Shown in pieces: positions 50,601-63,528 of a DNA stretch of 64,000 bases (the stretch's first letter is position 1; every line of letters begins with the position of its first letter). The stretch lies in NCBI GenBank assembly GCA_030704615.1, contig CM060734.1, positions 54,994,001-55,058,000 of the forward strand. Direction: 5' to 3'. The notes under the pieces were generated by a model. The model saw nothing but the letters and a program-made list of their open reading frames with translations. It was not told where the DNA came from and made no database searches. The position numbers and the translations under genes were made by a program. The stretch comes from Takakia lepidozioides. Its lineage: Eukaryota; Plantae; Bryophyta.

Positions 50601-52430
50601 ACAACAATTCCCTAGACAACGTTAATGCTACCCTGCAATCTCTTACCTGTTTTTGTGAGGCTTCTGGATTAAAGATAAACTGGGAGAAATCAGTGGGGTT
50701 ACTGAGTATCATCCCACAAGGCTCTGTTGCAGTTCATTGTGGCCCTTGGGGAGGAAATTTGGGCCTGAAATGGCTGGAGGATGGGCAGATGCATGACTGC
50801 CTTGGACATTACATTGGACATGGGATATCTGATGAACGTCGCTTTGTTGCTGTCCTTACAAAGATAAAGCGAAAGCTCGCGTATTGGAGCTCGCTGCATT
50901 TATCTATATGGGGGAGAGTGATAATAGCCAACCAGGTGGTCCTTGCCTCATCTTGGTTCTCGGCTGCTGTCTGGTCCCCCGGGGCGTCTATTATCAAAAG
51001 CATCAAAGCCATGGTTCGTAATTTTATCTTGGGGGCCACTTTTGCCGCTGCAAACAGAAGAGCCCTGGTCAGTTGGGTGCAGCTTTGTCAAAAGAAAAAA
51101 AAACGGTGGCCTGGGGGTGATTGATCCCCAATCTCAGATCATTGCCCTTCTGGCAAAATGGGTTCCTCGAATCTTTACGAATTTTCAGAGCCCATGGAGC
51201 AGGCTGGTAAGACACCACGTCGTTGCGACTATCCCTAAAACAAGTTCTCTATGGCCTTCCTCCCTCAAATGGATGGTACAGGGGGGGAAATTAAACGTGA
51301 AGCCGGGAATTGGATCTACAGCATGGCAGACAATTTGGACTGCTTGGTGCAAGATGAGAAATTACTTATTCCAATCTATGCCATCAACCTTTGAGGAGGC
51401 GATTAGGCAGCCGCTCTTTGGTAATTATAATAGGGATTCCGAAGACCTTGTCACTTGCTCTCAGAGGTGGTCTGGGATATGAATGCGAATACACCTATCC
51501 TCCCCGAGATGGCAGCAATGGATTTTCTGCCAGAAGAGTGGCTTTTGGCTGGCAGACAATTATGGCAATCTCCCGCAAAGGTGGCTTGACCTTCTTGCAG
51601 ATAATCAAGGCTTTTTGCTTCCAAGATGGAGGGGATTTCAATCCAACACTGGCCCTAAAGCTATGTATGTGACTGCCTTGGTGGAAGAGCAGCTTCGTGG
51701 CATTTCCTTTCATGTACAAAGCAATGGTTTTTTAACCTGTCCAAAGGAAGATCACCTTCCTGCCAATGCCAGTTGGTTTGATATAAGGGTGATTTCCTCA
51801 TCCTCGGGTAAATCGAACCCTCATCCCCCTGTTCTGCTGCAGCACTATGATAACTCATTTTTTTGGTTCCTCTCAGCTCCAATAAGATTACTGCAGTTCG
51901 ACCTTGCCGAATAGAAGTGGATGTCAAAGAAACATGACGACTTCTTTGCCTATACCGTGAAATTGGGTTACTCTTTGCTTGTGCCTAACTAATCCTTTCA
52001 TAGGAAATGGTCCAGAAAGTGGTCTCACCATCTTGGGCATTCGATTCCATGGAACCTAGTCTGGAAAGACATTTGGAAGAAGCATAGAGCTTCAAAAATC
52101 TCTTCTTTTCTTTGGAGAGTAGCCAACAAAATCCTACCTGTTGGATGCATCACAAACGATCATGAGCCCTCCCCCTGTCTGATCTGCAGTACGAACACTC
52201 CAGAGGATCTGGAGCACTACCTCCTCTATCGCCCTTTTGCTCAGACTGTCTGGGCCCGTGCAACTGCAACTCCCACAAGACAATGTTAAGGATGCATGGG
52301 CAGTTGTTTTTGTCCCTGTCCTTTCTGGGAGTCACTTAGAGGCAGTGTCTTGTGGCATATCTGGAAGATGAGATGCACTACTGTTTTTCAGAATGAAATC
52401 TGGGGGATGACTTCTTGGATCACTTCTTAG
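47642..52430 (+). pseudogene. LINE ORF2 (AP endonuclease + reverse transcriptase), disrupted
   Basis: SWNVRG, FLQETK, NIYAPN, AGDFNM, RLDRVY, KTPGLDG, NYRPITLLNSTYKILAK, LDFQKAFD, QGCPLAP. YADD reads YAGD; multiple stops; MITE insertion. Confidence 0.92.
48667..49445. mobile_element. 779-bp AT-rich non-autonomous TIR element (MITE) inserted in LINE ORF2
   Basis: Imperfect 25-bp TIRs GGGTAGATGCAGACTAGAGTGGCTC / GAGCCAGTAAAGTCTGCACTTACCC, flanked by GCAA/GCAG. Removing it restores the frame RRLENG-RSDEV. Confidence 0.85.
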
Positions 52431-52901
52431 ACATCAGGGGAAAGGTCAGACGGAGGGCACGATCTTGGAGCACAGGGATGACGATTACACAGAAGAGGAG
52501 ATGATGACTTGATGGAGGTTTACTTCATGCAGAGCTGTAGTGATACTGTAGGGCGGATTAGAGTCACTTTGACATTGGCCTAGTACCTGATAAATTGTAA
52601 TCTGATATTTATTCGATACAAGCACACTGTGTAGAGAGACATGAGTGAAGCTGTGAAATGAATGCATGATTAACTGGAACTAAGAAGATACTGAAGCAAT
52701 CTGATGCTTCAGTATCAGATAAGGTAAATTGATAACATGAAGGCAAGAAGGAAAACAAATGGGAAGCACAACCATGATTCACTAGCTGCAGGTCATGACT
52801 GATTGTCTGAGCGGGCTGAGTGCTTAGAGATTTCCAACTCTTCTATCTTGGAGTTTCCACCTCGGATAGCGAAGGGATGGGTGAGTAAAAGCCGTTCGAC
52901 A
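52431..52901 (+). repeat. 3' remnant of the 5' LTR (ends ...TTCGACA)
   Basis: Ends in CA two bases before the PBS. Left boundary uncertain, and the matching part of the 3' LTR lies outside the window. Confidence 0.6.
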
Positions 52902-52903
52902 TT

Positions 52904-52921
52904 TGGCGACCATACTGGGGA
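52904..52921 (+). other. Primer binding site, tRNA-Arg-like
   Basis: TGGCGACCATACTGGGGA resembles the TGGCGAC...CTGGGGA Arg-type PBS of Tat/Ogre-group elements. Confidence 0.75.
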
Positions 52922-53269
52922 ACTGGGTCATGAACAACCAGATGTGACAGGCATCTGGTGGGATCATGGTGGTTGGAGAATTAAAGAATTTGAGTGAATC
53001 AAATTCCCTGTGAAACGAGAAGGAAAGATTGTCCAAACGATTCTTTCAGAGGTTCTTGGAATTGCCAGACGGTTGTAAAGAAAACATTCTTAAAAGAGTG
53101 CATGATGCTGACCCTGAATGGGGTCTGGAGAAAGGAGTGATAAAGATTTATCAGGTAGCCTGTAGAGGAAGAGCACGTTGGTTACAACATTGGTTTATGT
53201 GATAGCATTGCTATCCATTAAGCGAGTAGAGTTTGAAGGCTGGGAGAAAGAAAGGTGAATGTTTATACT

Positions 53270-56200
53270 CATATGCATGAAGAGCTTGTACTGGTAAAGA
53301 ATTGGATTCCAAAGGATATTTGTGGATCAAACTCACACCAAGAACAGCTTTCCAGACTTGTTTGCCATATGGTTATATGGTAACGGAGACTTCAAGTATA
53401 GCCAAGGGTGCATTGAAGCTTGAAAGAAACCCAGGCATATACGAGAGATATTACAGAAGAGAGTTTTGGTTATTGCCACATTAAAAAAAATGAAAGACAT
53501 GGGACATGAGTGATGAAAGAGAAGCTAGACTCCAGAGATATTCAGCAAAAAAAAGAAAGCTATCTGAAAGCTAATTATCCATATCTTTGGGAGAGAGGAA
53601 TAGACATAGGGGAATCATCTGGACCTCTCACACCATTAAGATCAGAGAGTACATCACCCATACCGGAAGAACTAGAGTTGGATGCCACTCCTTCTTTTTC
53701 TTTGCAAGAAAGATTAAGGGAATTGGTACAGGAAGAAGATCAATCACGAGGTGAAAGATCTGAGGTACATCCTGGATAAAAGATTTGACAGAAATTTGAT
53801 AAGAGTGGCATGGAACACCAAAAGCAGGAACTCCAGTTTCTGAACGGAAGGTGAAGAAGGAGGAGAGGATGTGGCAGAGCCAACGGAGAGTTCAGACTCT
53901 CCAACACCATTACAGTTGAGTTACATGAGTGAAGAAGAAACCCAAGGGCAGAACTTGGAGGATGAAAACAGAGAGAAGAAATTGGAAGAGGAAGATATGA
54001 AGAAGTAGACCCAACAGCTGAGGTTGAGACTACAACCAGGACATCCCAACCCGTTGGACCTGGATCAAGTGGAGCACTTGGATCACAGGCCAACGAAGTG
54101 TCGGCTCAGGGGGATCAGGCGGGCTGCCTGGATCTGGCTCTGGGGGGACAGGGAGTGTGGGAAGTAGTGCAACTGGAGCTGGAATACTGTGAATATCGTG
54201 GGGCCAGTAGCAGGGAGTGCTCAAGGGCCACCACTTGGTGGAAGATCCACCACAAAACAACAGGTCCTCAAGGACCAGCACCAGCAAGGGGCCAGCACCT
54301 GTCAGTGGGCAGAAGGTAGGGCCACAGATGGCGTTACAACCAACACGGGCAAAACCACCTTTCCAATATATTCAGGAAAAGGGGATCCCGATGTACACAT
54401 TAGCCAATTTGAGCACATGTGTATTGTGAACAATGAGAATGGCGATGATGCCAAGATGAGATTGTTTCCTTGTTCACTTATCAAGAAAGCAAGTGAATGG
54501 TATGCAAGATTCCCTGATAATCATTTCCTAACCTGGAATGGCTTGAATACAGCATTCGAAATAGGTTCAGGACAAGTAAAACTGAGGATGAAGTGTATGG
54601 AAGTTTACAACAGTTAAAGCAAAAGAAGCATGAAACTGTTGAAGAGTATATGGAAAAGATGGAATTGATGATGAAAAAGCTGGCTGCAGTTACCAGCACC
54701 GGTTTACAGAAGACTTGGTTTGTGAGTGGACTAAGACCAGAGTTGCAAAAAAAAGTGGATATGTTACCCCATAATACAGTGGAGGAGGCATTTGAAACTG
54801 CAAACAGAATTGAGCAATTGGGAATGCTCAGGAGAGAGAAAAGGGATGATGAGGACTCTGAGGATGAGTCAGATGAAGAAGAAGAGCAAGAACTAAAAAA
54901 GGAAGAGTAAGAGAAGGAGAAGTTGAAGAGGGATAACTATGAAAAAAGATTGGAAGAAATCTTGAAGAAGTATGCCAGAGGCTGCAACACATTGGAGGAA
55001 GGGTGTATGGTGTGCAAAGTGCCAGAATGAAGGCCATACCACCACAGAATGCCACATGAAGGAGAAACACTGTACTATCTGTAAAATGGATAACCATTCT
55101 ACTGAGAATTGTTACTACAACAGAAGGACAGCTGCAAGAGAACCTAGGCAAGTAAGGGTGCATCAGGTGCAGCCCAGCCAAGAAGAAACAATGATCAGGA
55201 CCACTATGGTAGGTCTGGTGGTTATAACAATGCATGGAAGGGAGAGGTAATTCAAGAGGAATTACCAAGGAAATTCCAGAGGCAACTATCAGGGTAATCC
55301 AAGGGGGAATTACCAGCCCGGGAATCAGGATTATAGAAATAATCCAAGAACAGACCAAGGGCGAGGACCCAATGGTGAAGAACTATGTTACTATTGTAAT
55401 CAGCCAGGACATCGCAAGGCAGCCTGTTCATTCTGGATAAGACACCAGAATGAGATGAGAGCTCCTGTGAATGAGGGCCCAGTGGTGGCAGCTCACATGG
55501 TTAGGCCATGTGTTGTACCAGAAGTAAGTACAATGATAGTAACAAGAAGTAAAGCCAAACTAATACCTCCAGTAGTAGAGGAAGGTGGAATATATGGCTG
55601 AAGATAAAGAGACTTGGAGAGATGAGAAGGAACTGCACAAGGAAGTGGCAGATACCATAAGGGAAATGCAAGAAGAGTACTGATATTCCTGTGGCAGATT
55701 CCTCTGATTCTGATGGAGAAGAAGAAGGGAGTGAGGAGAAAGGAAGAAAGAAGATGCAGACATGAATGAAGAGACTTTGGCTGAAGTAATATGCAGACCA
55801 AAGGAAAGCAATTACTTTACACAGGCTGTATCAAGCAATCAATCGAATTGCCAGAGACAGGAAACACAGACCTGAACAGCAAGGTGACCAGTTATAATGT
55901 GAAGCCGGAAGGGCGAGAAACAGTCATGGACTTTGATGATTCTATGCCAGTAATCCAATTGAGAATTGGAAGCACAGAACTAACTGATGTACTGATAGAT
56001 GGAGGTTCTGGAGTAAATATCATGACAGACCAATTAAGGAAGAAGCTTGGTCTAAGTAACATGAAACCAGCCCCATTTACAGTAACAATGGCAGATCAAA
56101 GAAGTGTACAGCCATTGGGATTAATAAGAGGAGAGTTAAGATACAGATACAGAAGATGATCTTTATGATCACAGTAACTGTGTTGAAGATGGATGAAGTC

Positions 56201-59200
56201 ATGGAGGCTTACTCCTTATTATTGGGACGTCCGTGGCTGAAACAGGCCAGGGTATTCCATGACTGGAATTCTCAGTTACTAACCGTGCATAATGGGATAC
56301 ACGAGATACAAATTACCACAAAGAAATCTAGTAGATTACCTGCTACAAGAAGACCTCGAGGAGTCAGAGAGTATGACTGGAAAGGAGGACTGGATGAGGA
56401 GCAGGAAGCTACCCTATTTGCTGCACACCCAGAGTGGAGCAGGTTGCAGAGATGCGGCTGGAAAGCCTAAGTTGTTTAAGAGGTATCTGCTGTGGTGTAG
56501 TGACAGCAACACCAACTGAAGAGGAAACCAGCATTTACCCATCACATTTCTATGAAGAAAGAGAAGGAGAAATGGAAATCCTAGAGAACCAGCCACTGTG
56601 AGCTTACAGGATGAAGTGGTGACTGGTTGGACAATCACAGCTGATGAGCAGGTGAGGGAAGTGAATGTGGGAACTAAAGAGGAACCGAGGATGGTGAAAG
56701 TAGGAGCTGATTTGGAGCCGGAATTCTTGAAGAAGCTAAAAGCTTGTTCATCAAATACAGAGATGTATTTGCTTGGAGCTATGAGGATCTAAAAGGGATA
56801 CCACCTGAAGTCTGTCAGCATAAGATTGAACTGGAACCAGGGTCAGTACCAATCAAGCAGGCGAGGTACAGAATGAATCCCAACTACGCACAGAAGGTTG
56901 GAGAAGAGATAAAGAAGTTGGCTGAGGCTAAGTTTATATACCCAATAGAGTATACAACTTGGTTGTCACCCATTGTTATAGTTCCCAAGAAGAATGGTAA
57001 ACTAAGAGTATGTGTGAACTACAAGAAGCTGAATGCTTGTACGAAGAAAGATCCTTTCCCTTTGCCATTCACAGAAGCAGTATTAGACACTGTGGCAGGC
57101 CATGAGATGTACTCATTCATGGATGGCTTCAGTGGTTATAATCAAGTGCAAGTGGCAGAAGAAGACCAAGGAAAACAGCTTTCATCACAGACTGGGGGCT
57201 TATGCATACAAAGTCATGCCCTTTGGACTTTGTAATGCACCAGCGACCTTTCAGAGAGTGATAAGTGAATCTTTTCATGAGTATCTGGATGATTTCATGC
57301 AGGTGTTCTTGGATGATTTCGTGTACAGCTCTAAGAATGAGCACTTGCATAAATTGGAGTTATGTCTGGCCAGATGCAGGATGAGAGGTCTGGGCCTGAA
57401 TCCAGAGAAGTGTACTTTCTGTGTGAACTCAGGGGTGCTTCTGGGACACATTGTGTGTAAGAAGGGACTTCTTGTGGATCCCAGGAAGACAGAGGCCATT
57501 AAAGCCTCTCCACCACCAGTGAATGTTAAGAGTCTAAGGAGATTCCTTGGGCAAACCAGTTATTACAGAAGATTTGTCAAAAGGTATGCACAAATAGCAG
57601 CACCATTGAGCAAGCTACTGAAGAAAGATGCAGTGTTTGCCTGGACAGCTGAATGTCAACAGGCGTTTGAGGAACTTACACTGTCAGTAAACAACTACAC
57701 CTGTGCTGATTAACCCTCACTGGCATGTAGTATTTCATGTTCACTGCGATGCATCAGGAGAAGCGTTGGGAGCGGTGTTAGCCCAGAATGTTACAGGAAA
57801 TATAGATTCACCTGTGTACTATGCTAGCGGTTGATGAACAGTGCTGAAAGGAACTATAGCACAACGGAAAGAGAAGCATTGGCAAAAACCAAACCATTAA
57901 AAGCAAGAAGTTTATGTTCTATGTGGATCACCAGGCTCTGATATACCTGGTAAACAAACCTCTGATAAGCGGAAGAATAGCAAGATGGTTGATAATCTTG
58001 CACGAGTTTGAGTTCGAGGTTGTTTACAAGCCTGGGAGACTGCATCTTGTGGCGGATCACTTGTCACGGTTATCAACAGGAGAACCAGCCACAGGAATAG
58101 ATGATCAATTACCAGATGCGAGTCTATTTGCAGTGGAGGTGCAGGGAAGTGCAGATGACTGGTTAGATTGGCAGTGGCCAATCAGATACTACCTTGCTCA
58201 TGGTCAGTGCCCACCTAGTTATGGTAAGGAGCAGAGGAAAGAATCGCTATCAAAGCTTTACCTTATACTATGGTAGGAAGCAGAATGTATAAGCTAGGAC
58301 CTGATGGAGTACTAAAACGATGCTTGTACCACCATGAAGTAAATAAAGTTTTGGAGGAAGTTCATAAAGGAGTGGCTGGAGGTCATTTTGGAGAAGAGAC
58401 TACCAGTAGGAAGATACTACTCGCAGGTTACTGGTGGCCTACTTTGTTCAAAGATGTACACGAGTATTGTCAGAGTTGTGATGAATGTCAGAGGCTAGGA
58501 CCTTTGCAGATCTGGAAGGATGGCCTTGCATCCTACAATGCCTACGGAACCATTTCAGAAATGGGGACTAGACTTTGTTGGACCAATTAACCCACCAGCC
58601 AAGAATACACGAAACAGGTACATAATTACAGCCACTGATTATACTACGAAGTGGGTGGAAGCTAAAGCTTTGAGGGACAACACAGCCAAGTCCACAGCAA
58701 GGTTCCTGTACGAGAACATACTTACACGATTTGGCTGTCCCTTAGAATTTATCAGTGATCAGGGAAGTCACTTCATGAATGAGACCATTGAGTTGTTGAC
58801 TAAAGAGTTCATGATTGTGCATAGAAAGAGTACAACATATTACCCACAGGGTAATGGGCAGGCAGAGGCTACCAACAAAATACTATGTACTATCTTGGCT
58901 AAGATAGTCAATGCAAACAGAACGGATTGGGATACAAAGCTGCTGACAGCTTTGTGGTCATACAGGACTTCATATAAAGTCACCACTAAGTATACACCAT
59001 TCCAATTAGTTTATGGTATGGAAGCCTTACTTCCAGTGGAATTCCTGTTACCTACCATGAGAACGGAGTGGGGAAAGAGAATGGAATTGCAAGATTCCAT
59101 TAAGGTCAGGAAACATGAATTATACCATGTGGAAGAAGTACGTGCTGATGCAGCTGATAATATGACCAGAATTCAGATGAAGAGAAGGAACAGTTTGATG

Positions 59201-59500
59201 AAGGCAAGTTAAAGACTTTTAAGACGGGGATTTGGTTCTATGGTTGCAGAAGAAAGGAAAGATTAAAGCTTCTAAGCTTAAATCACCATGGAAAGGACCT
59301 TATGTCATACAAAAGATGTATGATAACAACACCGCCATGTTACAAACCATTAACAAAAAATGCTGGGAAGAGTCAATGCCAATAAGTTTAAAGGGTACAG
59401 TGGTATCCATGACAAACCATTGCAGCATGATTTGCATGTTGAAACGCAAGAGCAGTCACGGGCTGCACCAGTGTTACGAACGGAGTATGGAGCACTTGTC
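53270..59500 (+). pseudogene. Gag-Pol polyprotein, frameshifted in this assembly
   Basis: Gag (FPIYSGKGDPDVHI, RLFPCSL, three CCHC knuckles at 55010-55430), PR (VLIDGGSGVNIM, LLLGRPWL), RT (KKNGKLRVCV, YSFMDGFSGYNQV, MPFGLCNAPATFQR, VFLDD), RH (CDAS, NYSTTERE, ADHLSR), INT (H-H-CC, WGLDF, SDQGSHF, PQGNGQAE, WKGPY). Start approximate. Confidence 0.92.
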
Positions 59501-59539
59501 GCTAGGCCAGCATATATGACCAGGGCGGGCAAAACAAGC

Positions 59540-59690
59540 GTGACACAGCCTATCACAGCCCATCAACGTGACACAGCCTATCAAGCCCATCAAGGCACAG
59601 CTATCACAGCCTATCACACGTGACACAGCCTATCACAGCGTCACAGTATGACACAGCCTGTCACAGCTCAACACAGCCTACTTTACACGA
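59540..59690 (+). repeat. (T/G)ACACAGCC / TCACAGCC motif array downstream of integrase
   Basis: Repeated GTGACACAGCCTATCACAGC units. Confidence 0.85.
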
Positions 59691-60362
59691 TCCATAGAAT
59701 CAGTGACAGGTGGACGCACAATAACTTCAGGAAAATGGCTGACGGAAGAAGAAAGACGGAAACCAGTTTAAAAATAGACACGTGGAAGTCAGGGCGCGAC
59801 ACACAGCTGAGAAGGAAGTGCAAGAACAGGTGTCAAAAGAAAGAGGACAAGAACGGCCGTCAAAATGGATGAAAGGCGGGCCCATTAATGAATACGGAAA
59901 AAGGGGAACGGAAACGCGGCAAGTACAGAAAAGCGAAATTCTTGTCACATGTGTGATCCTAGTGGACTATCCAGCAGGGAAAGTCCACTAAAGAAAATGA
60001 AATCTAAAATCCAGTCACAGCGGTTACAGCCAATAGAAACCAGAGAAAGGATCAAGAAATGGAGGGAAATTAAGCGCAAGAGGCGGCGTCGTTCTGAGTA
60101 ACGGGCGTCTCGACAGGACAGACCATCAATGCTATAGCTTGGAAACTATGGAGGAACTAACAGACTATACGCTCGCAATATTACTTACGCAGTGGCATAG
60201 ACACGAAACAACAGAGCGGAGCTTTTCTCTTGAGCGATGCTTGCAAGCCCCGCAGGCTTACAAGAAATTACCCATAGCTTTTTGTGGCAACCATACGTTT
60301 ATGCTTTGTGCACTACAGGCATTTCTGCAGTTGTTACAGCCAAAACATTTCTGTGAGTCTAA

Positions 60363-63300
60363 ATGAAGAGAGTGAGAGGAATGGAGGAAATCAGGGTGAA
60401 GAGCACCACAATTCTGCAGAAACAAACGATTGCTACCCCACAGGCGATACAGATACTGAAGGAGCTGAGATTGCAAGGATTGCAAAGCATAGATTGGACA
60501 TTACACCATAGACAGTACATGTTACAATTTTTGCAGAACTTTGAGCCAAGGACAGGAACAACAACGGTGAAGGGAGTTGAATTAGATTACTCCCCTATAC
60601 CTCCAGCAATTGTTTCGATTGCCAGCAGGTCAGGTGCATGTGGAGGACACAGGGCAAGACTGCAAATAGGGGACTTATTCCAAGAAGGGAGTTTCTTTAA
60701 AACTCAGGGTTATGCTTGTACCAAGGCTGTGTACCCAGGGCTAAAGGAGGTAGGCCAGGTATTGAACGTTCTGATTGCCATGAAACAGAACCAACAGTAT
60801 TTGAGCAGATCCTTCACGGAGGAAATACTCAAAGCCTGAAAGGACAAGAGAGGTAGAATGGGCGGACATAATGTACAACGCACTGGTAGAGGAGATGAAA
60901 AGATTACAAGGTACTACCGCAAAGTCTCCTATCATAGTGTCTGGCCCAATCATTGCTCAAATAATTCTTGATTCTGGCATACTTGATGCGCAAGAAAGAA
61001 AGGAGATGGGAGTGTTTGAGCCAGAAACCACTGCAATGGAAGAGCAAGGCTCTTCACACAGTGAGGGTGGACTAGCAGGGCAACCCGAGACTAAGAGCAG
61101 AGAGAGGGGAAAGACTGTAGTGGCGGATCCACTGGCTTCACGGATTCCGCATGATAATGTTTCCCAAGCTCATGTGCAGGAAGGGGCACAGCAGCACAGA
61201 GAAATGCTATTACTGGAAGCAGGACCTTCAGAGAGGGAAGAGGAAGTTACTTCAGTATCACAACCATCACAGCCAGCTGATCGGCTTGTCACAAGGTTAC
61301 AAGTTGTCCATGCAGCTCAACCAGAAATAATTGATTTGGAAAGAGAAGGGTTAGATATTCCAACTACAGAACAGATAGTGGCAGAAATTGAGAAGGGGGA
61401 CCTTCTCTATGAATATTCTGGTCTGGTCAAGGAGACAGAGATTCCAGAGGTGCAACAGTTGCCCAAGGGAAATCCTGAGGTGCATATAATACACACACCT
61501 GTGTCGGAGGTACCACAGGCGGAAGGTCACTGTAGCACCGGTGATAGATGAAGTGGTTCAGGAAGAAAATCGGTGGGACAATGGCCACCTGTTGAGGTCG
61601 AACAGCAGCAACCTCACCATGATGACCCTCAACAGGCAATGCTGATGAGTTCCATAGGCAGGACACTTAATTTGTTGGGGACTTATGTCAAATCCCATGT
61701 TCCACCAATTGACAGCCTTGAGAGAGGAACTCAGGAAGGAGTTTGAGGCTCTAGCCACTGAGTGTGCAAGGTCGATGAAGAGGTCACTCAAGATGCAGCA
61801 GGACTTGGAAATACAGAAGCGGCTTTGCAATTGGCCAAGGAACAATTGATTGAGGCAGGCCTCGCGCAAGACCAGTTGCACGAAGCACATAAGCAACAGC
61901 TATACCAAATGCAGGTGCAGCATGAAAGCAAGTGCAAGAAGTGAATGCACTACATACGTTGCAGACAGTGCATGACAGGATGGCATACAATGTGCTACAT
62001 TCACAACTATGCTTGACCAATCTACAAAAGAAATAAACAGTCAAGCGGAAAAATGTACGAAGGCAGAAGAAGAGAATGTTGAGCAAATGAAACTCATTGT
62101 CGATATGAAGAATACAATCTGTCGCAATGAGGATACTTTCAAGCAATACAGGCAGGTTGAAGCTGATCAAGAGAAGCACATCGTGGAGTTGCAACAAACA
62201 TCATGGCCAATAGAAATGAAATCGCGGTCAATAACAAGGCTTGGAAGGAAGCAATAATCTACTTGCTGCCTATGCGAATTTGGTTGAACCTCATGCGAAG
62301 CGCATGGAGGCTTTACAACAGCAGTTAGAATTGTACAAACTAAGAGAGGAGCAAACTCTCAGGGGAACCACAAGCAACTTGGTGGATAACAGCCTTATGC
62401 AGGTCTGGTTAGCACAAGGGCCAGTGGAGGGCAAAACACCACGAAGCTCACCCAAAGCGAGATGAATGAGCTCAGACTGCAGTGCAGAACATTGCCACAA
62501 CTACTATAGACAATGTCTATAGTAGGATAGCAGAGTTAAGGAGGATGTAGACGGACTGCAGACTCAAGTGGAGGACCTCACTTCAAACATCGACAAAAGA
62601 GTCTATATCCCTCAGGAACAGCTAATGGCTTCTTATTTACAAGCCAGAACTTTGGCTTTTCAGTCTTCACAGGAGGTGCAGGAGATGCCAATGATACAAG
62701 AGCCAGTACCACCAACACCACAACAAGTCACTGTACCAGTAGCTGAACCTGTTGTTACTACAACCACACCACAGCCACCACAGCCTGAGGTATGGGGCAA
62801 TGCTGCTTTTAACCCACCTAAAACTCCAGCTGCAAGGGAGTACAGTAGGGCTATGATTATGCCCTTCAACCAAATTCCCATCATGTTGGATTTGGCTTGG
62901 AAAGAATTTAGTCCTCCGCAGTCATTCGCACATTACTACCAAATCATGCGCATTTGGCTACCAGTGGCAACTAGGACTCACAGAAATTCGGCATTGATGA
63001 TATTTTCTATAAGGGACATGTGGCATGGAAATACTTGCACGCTGCACAAGTAATTGGTACCCCACTCACCTGGACAGACAAGGAGCTCAGTGTCTACACC
63101 AATTTTGCTGTTCAGCGGTTACACCAAGTTGTAAAATATAAACTTCCAGACATGGTAGGACAACATTGTATGCCCCAGAGGATTCCACAAAAAGTTTGAA
63201 AATTAAAACACCTGAGAGGCGATGAGGATTCTGATACAACTGTTTCTTCACCGAATTCTTTTGACATGGAGAAGACTATGCAATTCAGATGGCAGAGAAG

Positions 63301-63450
63301 AAGCGACGGGGGTCTCCTATGCTGAAAGGTTACCTCGATATCAGCCTCCAGAGGGCCTCACTTATCCAGGTAGTGTTCAACATCTCCGTCAACCAGAGAC
63401 AGACCTCGGGCTCGTACACACAGTCCGCCACGAAACTCTCAACGTCAGAA
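60363..63450 (+). pseudogene. Additional 3' ORF of the Gypsy element (env-like position), about 1000 codons, frameshifted
   Basis: Consecutive same-strand ORFs: 60363-60839, 60871-61551, a coiled-coil stretch at 61700-62600, a P/T/Q linker and a C-terminal globular region. Confidence 0.7.
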
Positions 63451-63511
63451 AGGTGCTCACTCACAAAGGTTTGCTAATCGCAATCAGTAAACCGTGAGGA
63501 CACGGCTTTTT

Positions 63512-63528
63512 GAGGGGGGAAGGGGTAA
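63512..63528 (+). other. Polypurine tract
   Basis: GAGGGGGGAAGGGGTAA immediately before TGTTAG. Confidence 0.9.

Larger units (their letters stand above)
45400..52430 (+). mobile_element. L1-clade LINE retrotransposon, decayed; ends not defined (CT-rich putative 5' UTR from ~44600)
   Basis: ORF1 with CCHC knuckle, then ORF2 with APE, RT and C-terminal LWHIWKMR...F. No poly(A) tail or TSD seen. Confidence 0.9.

Noticed and set aside
53181-53210. Alternative 5' LTR end (…ACAACA TTGGTTT) with a non-tRNA PBS
   Set aside because: A much better tRNA-Arg-like PBS follows CA at 52901-52921.
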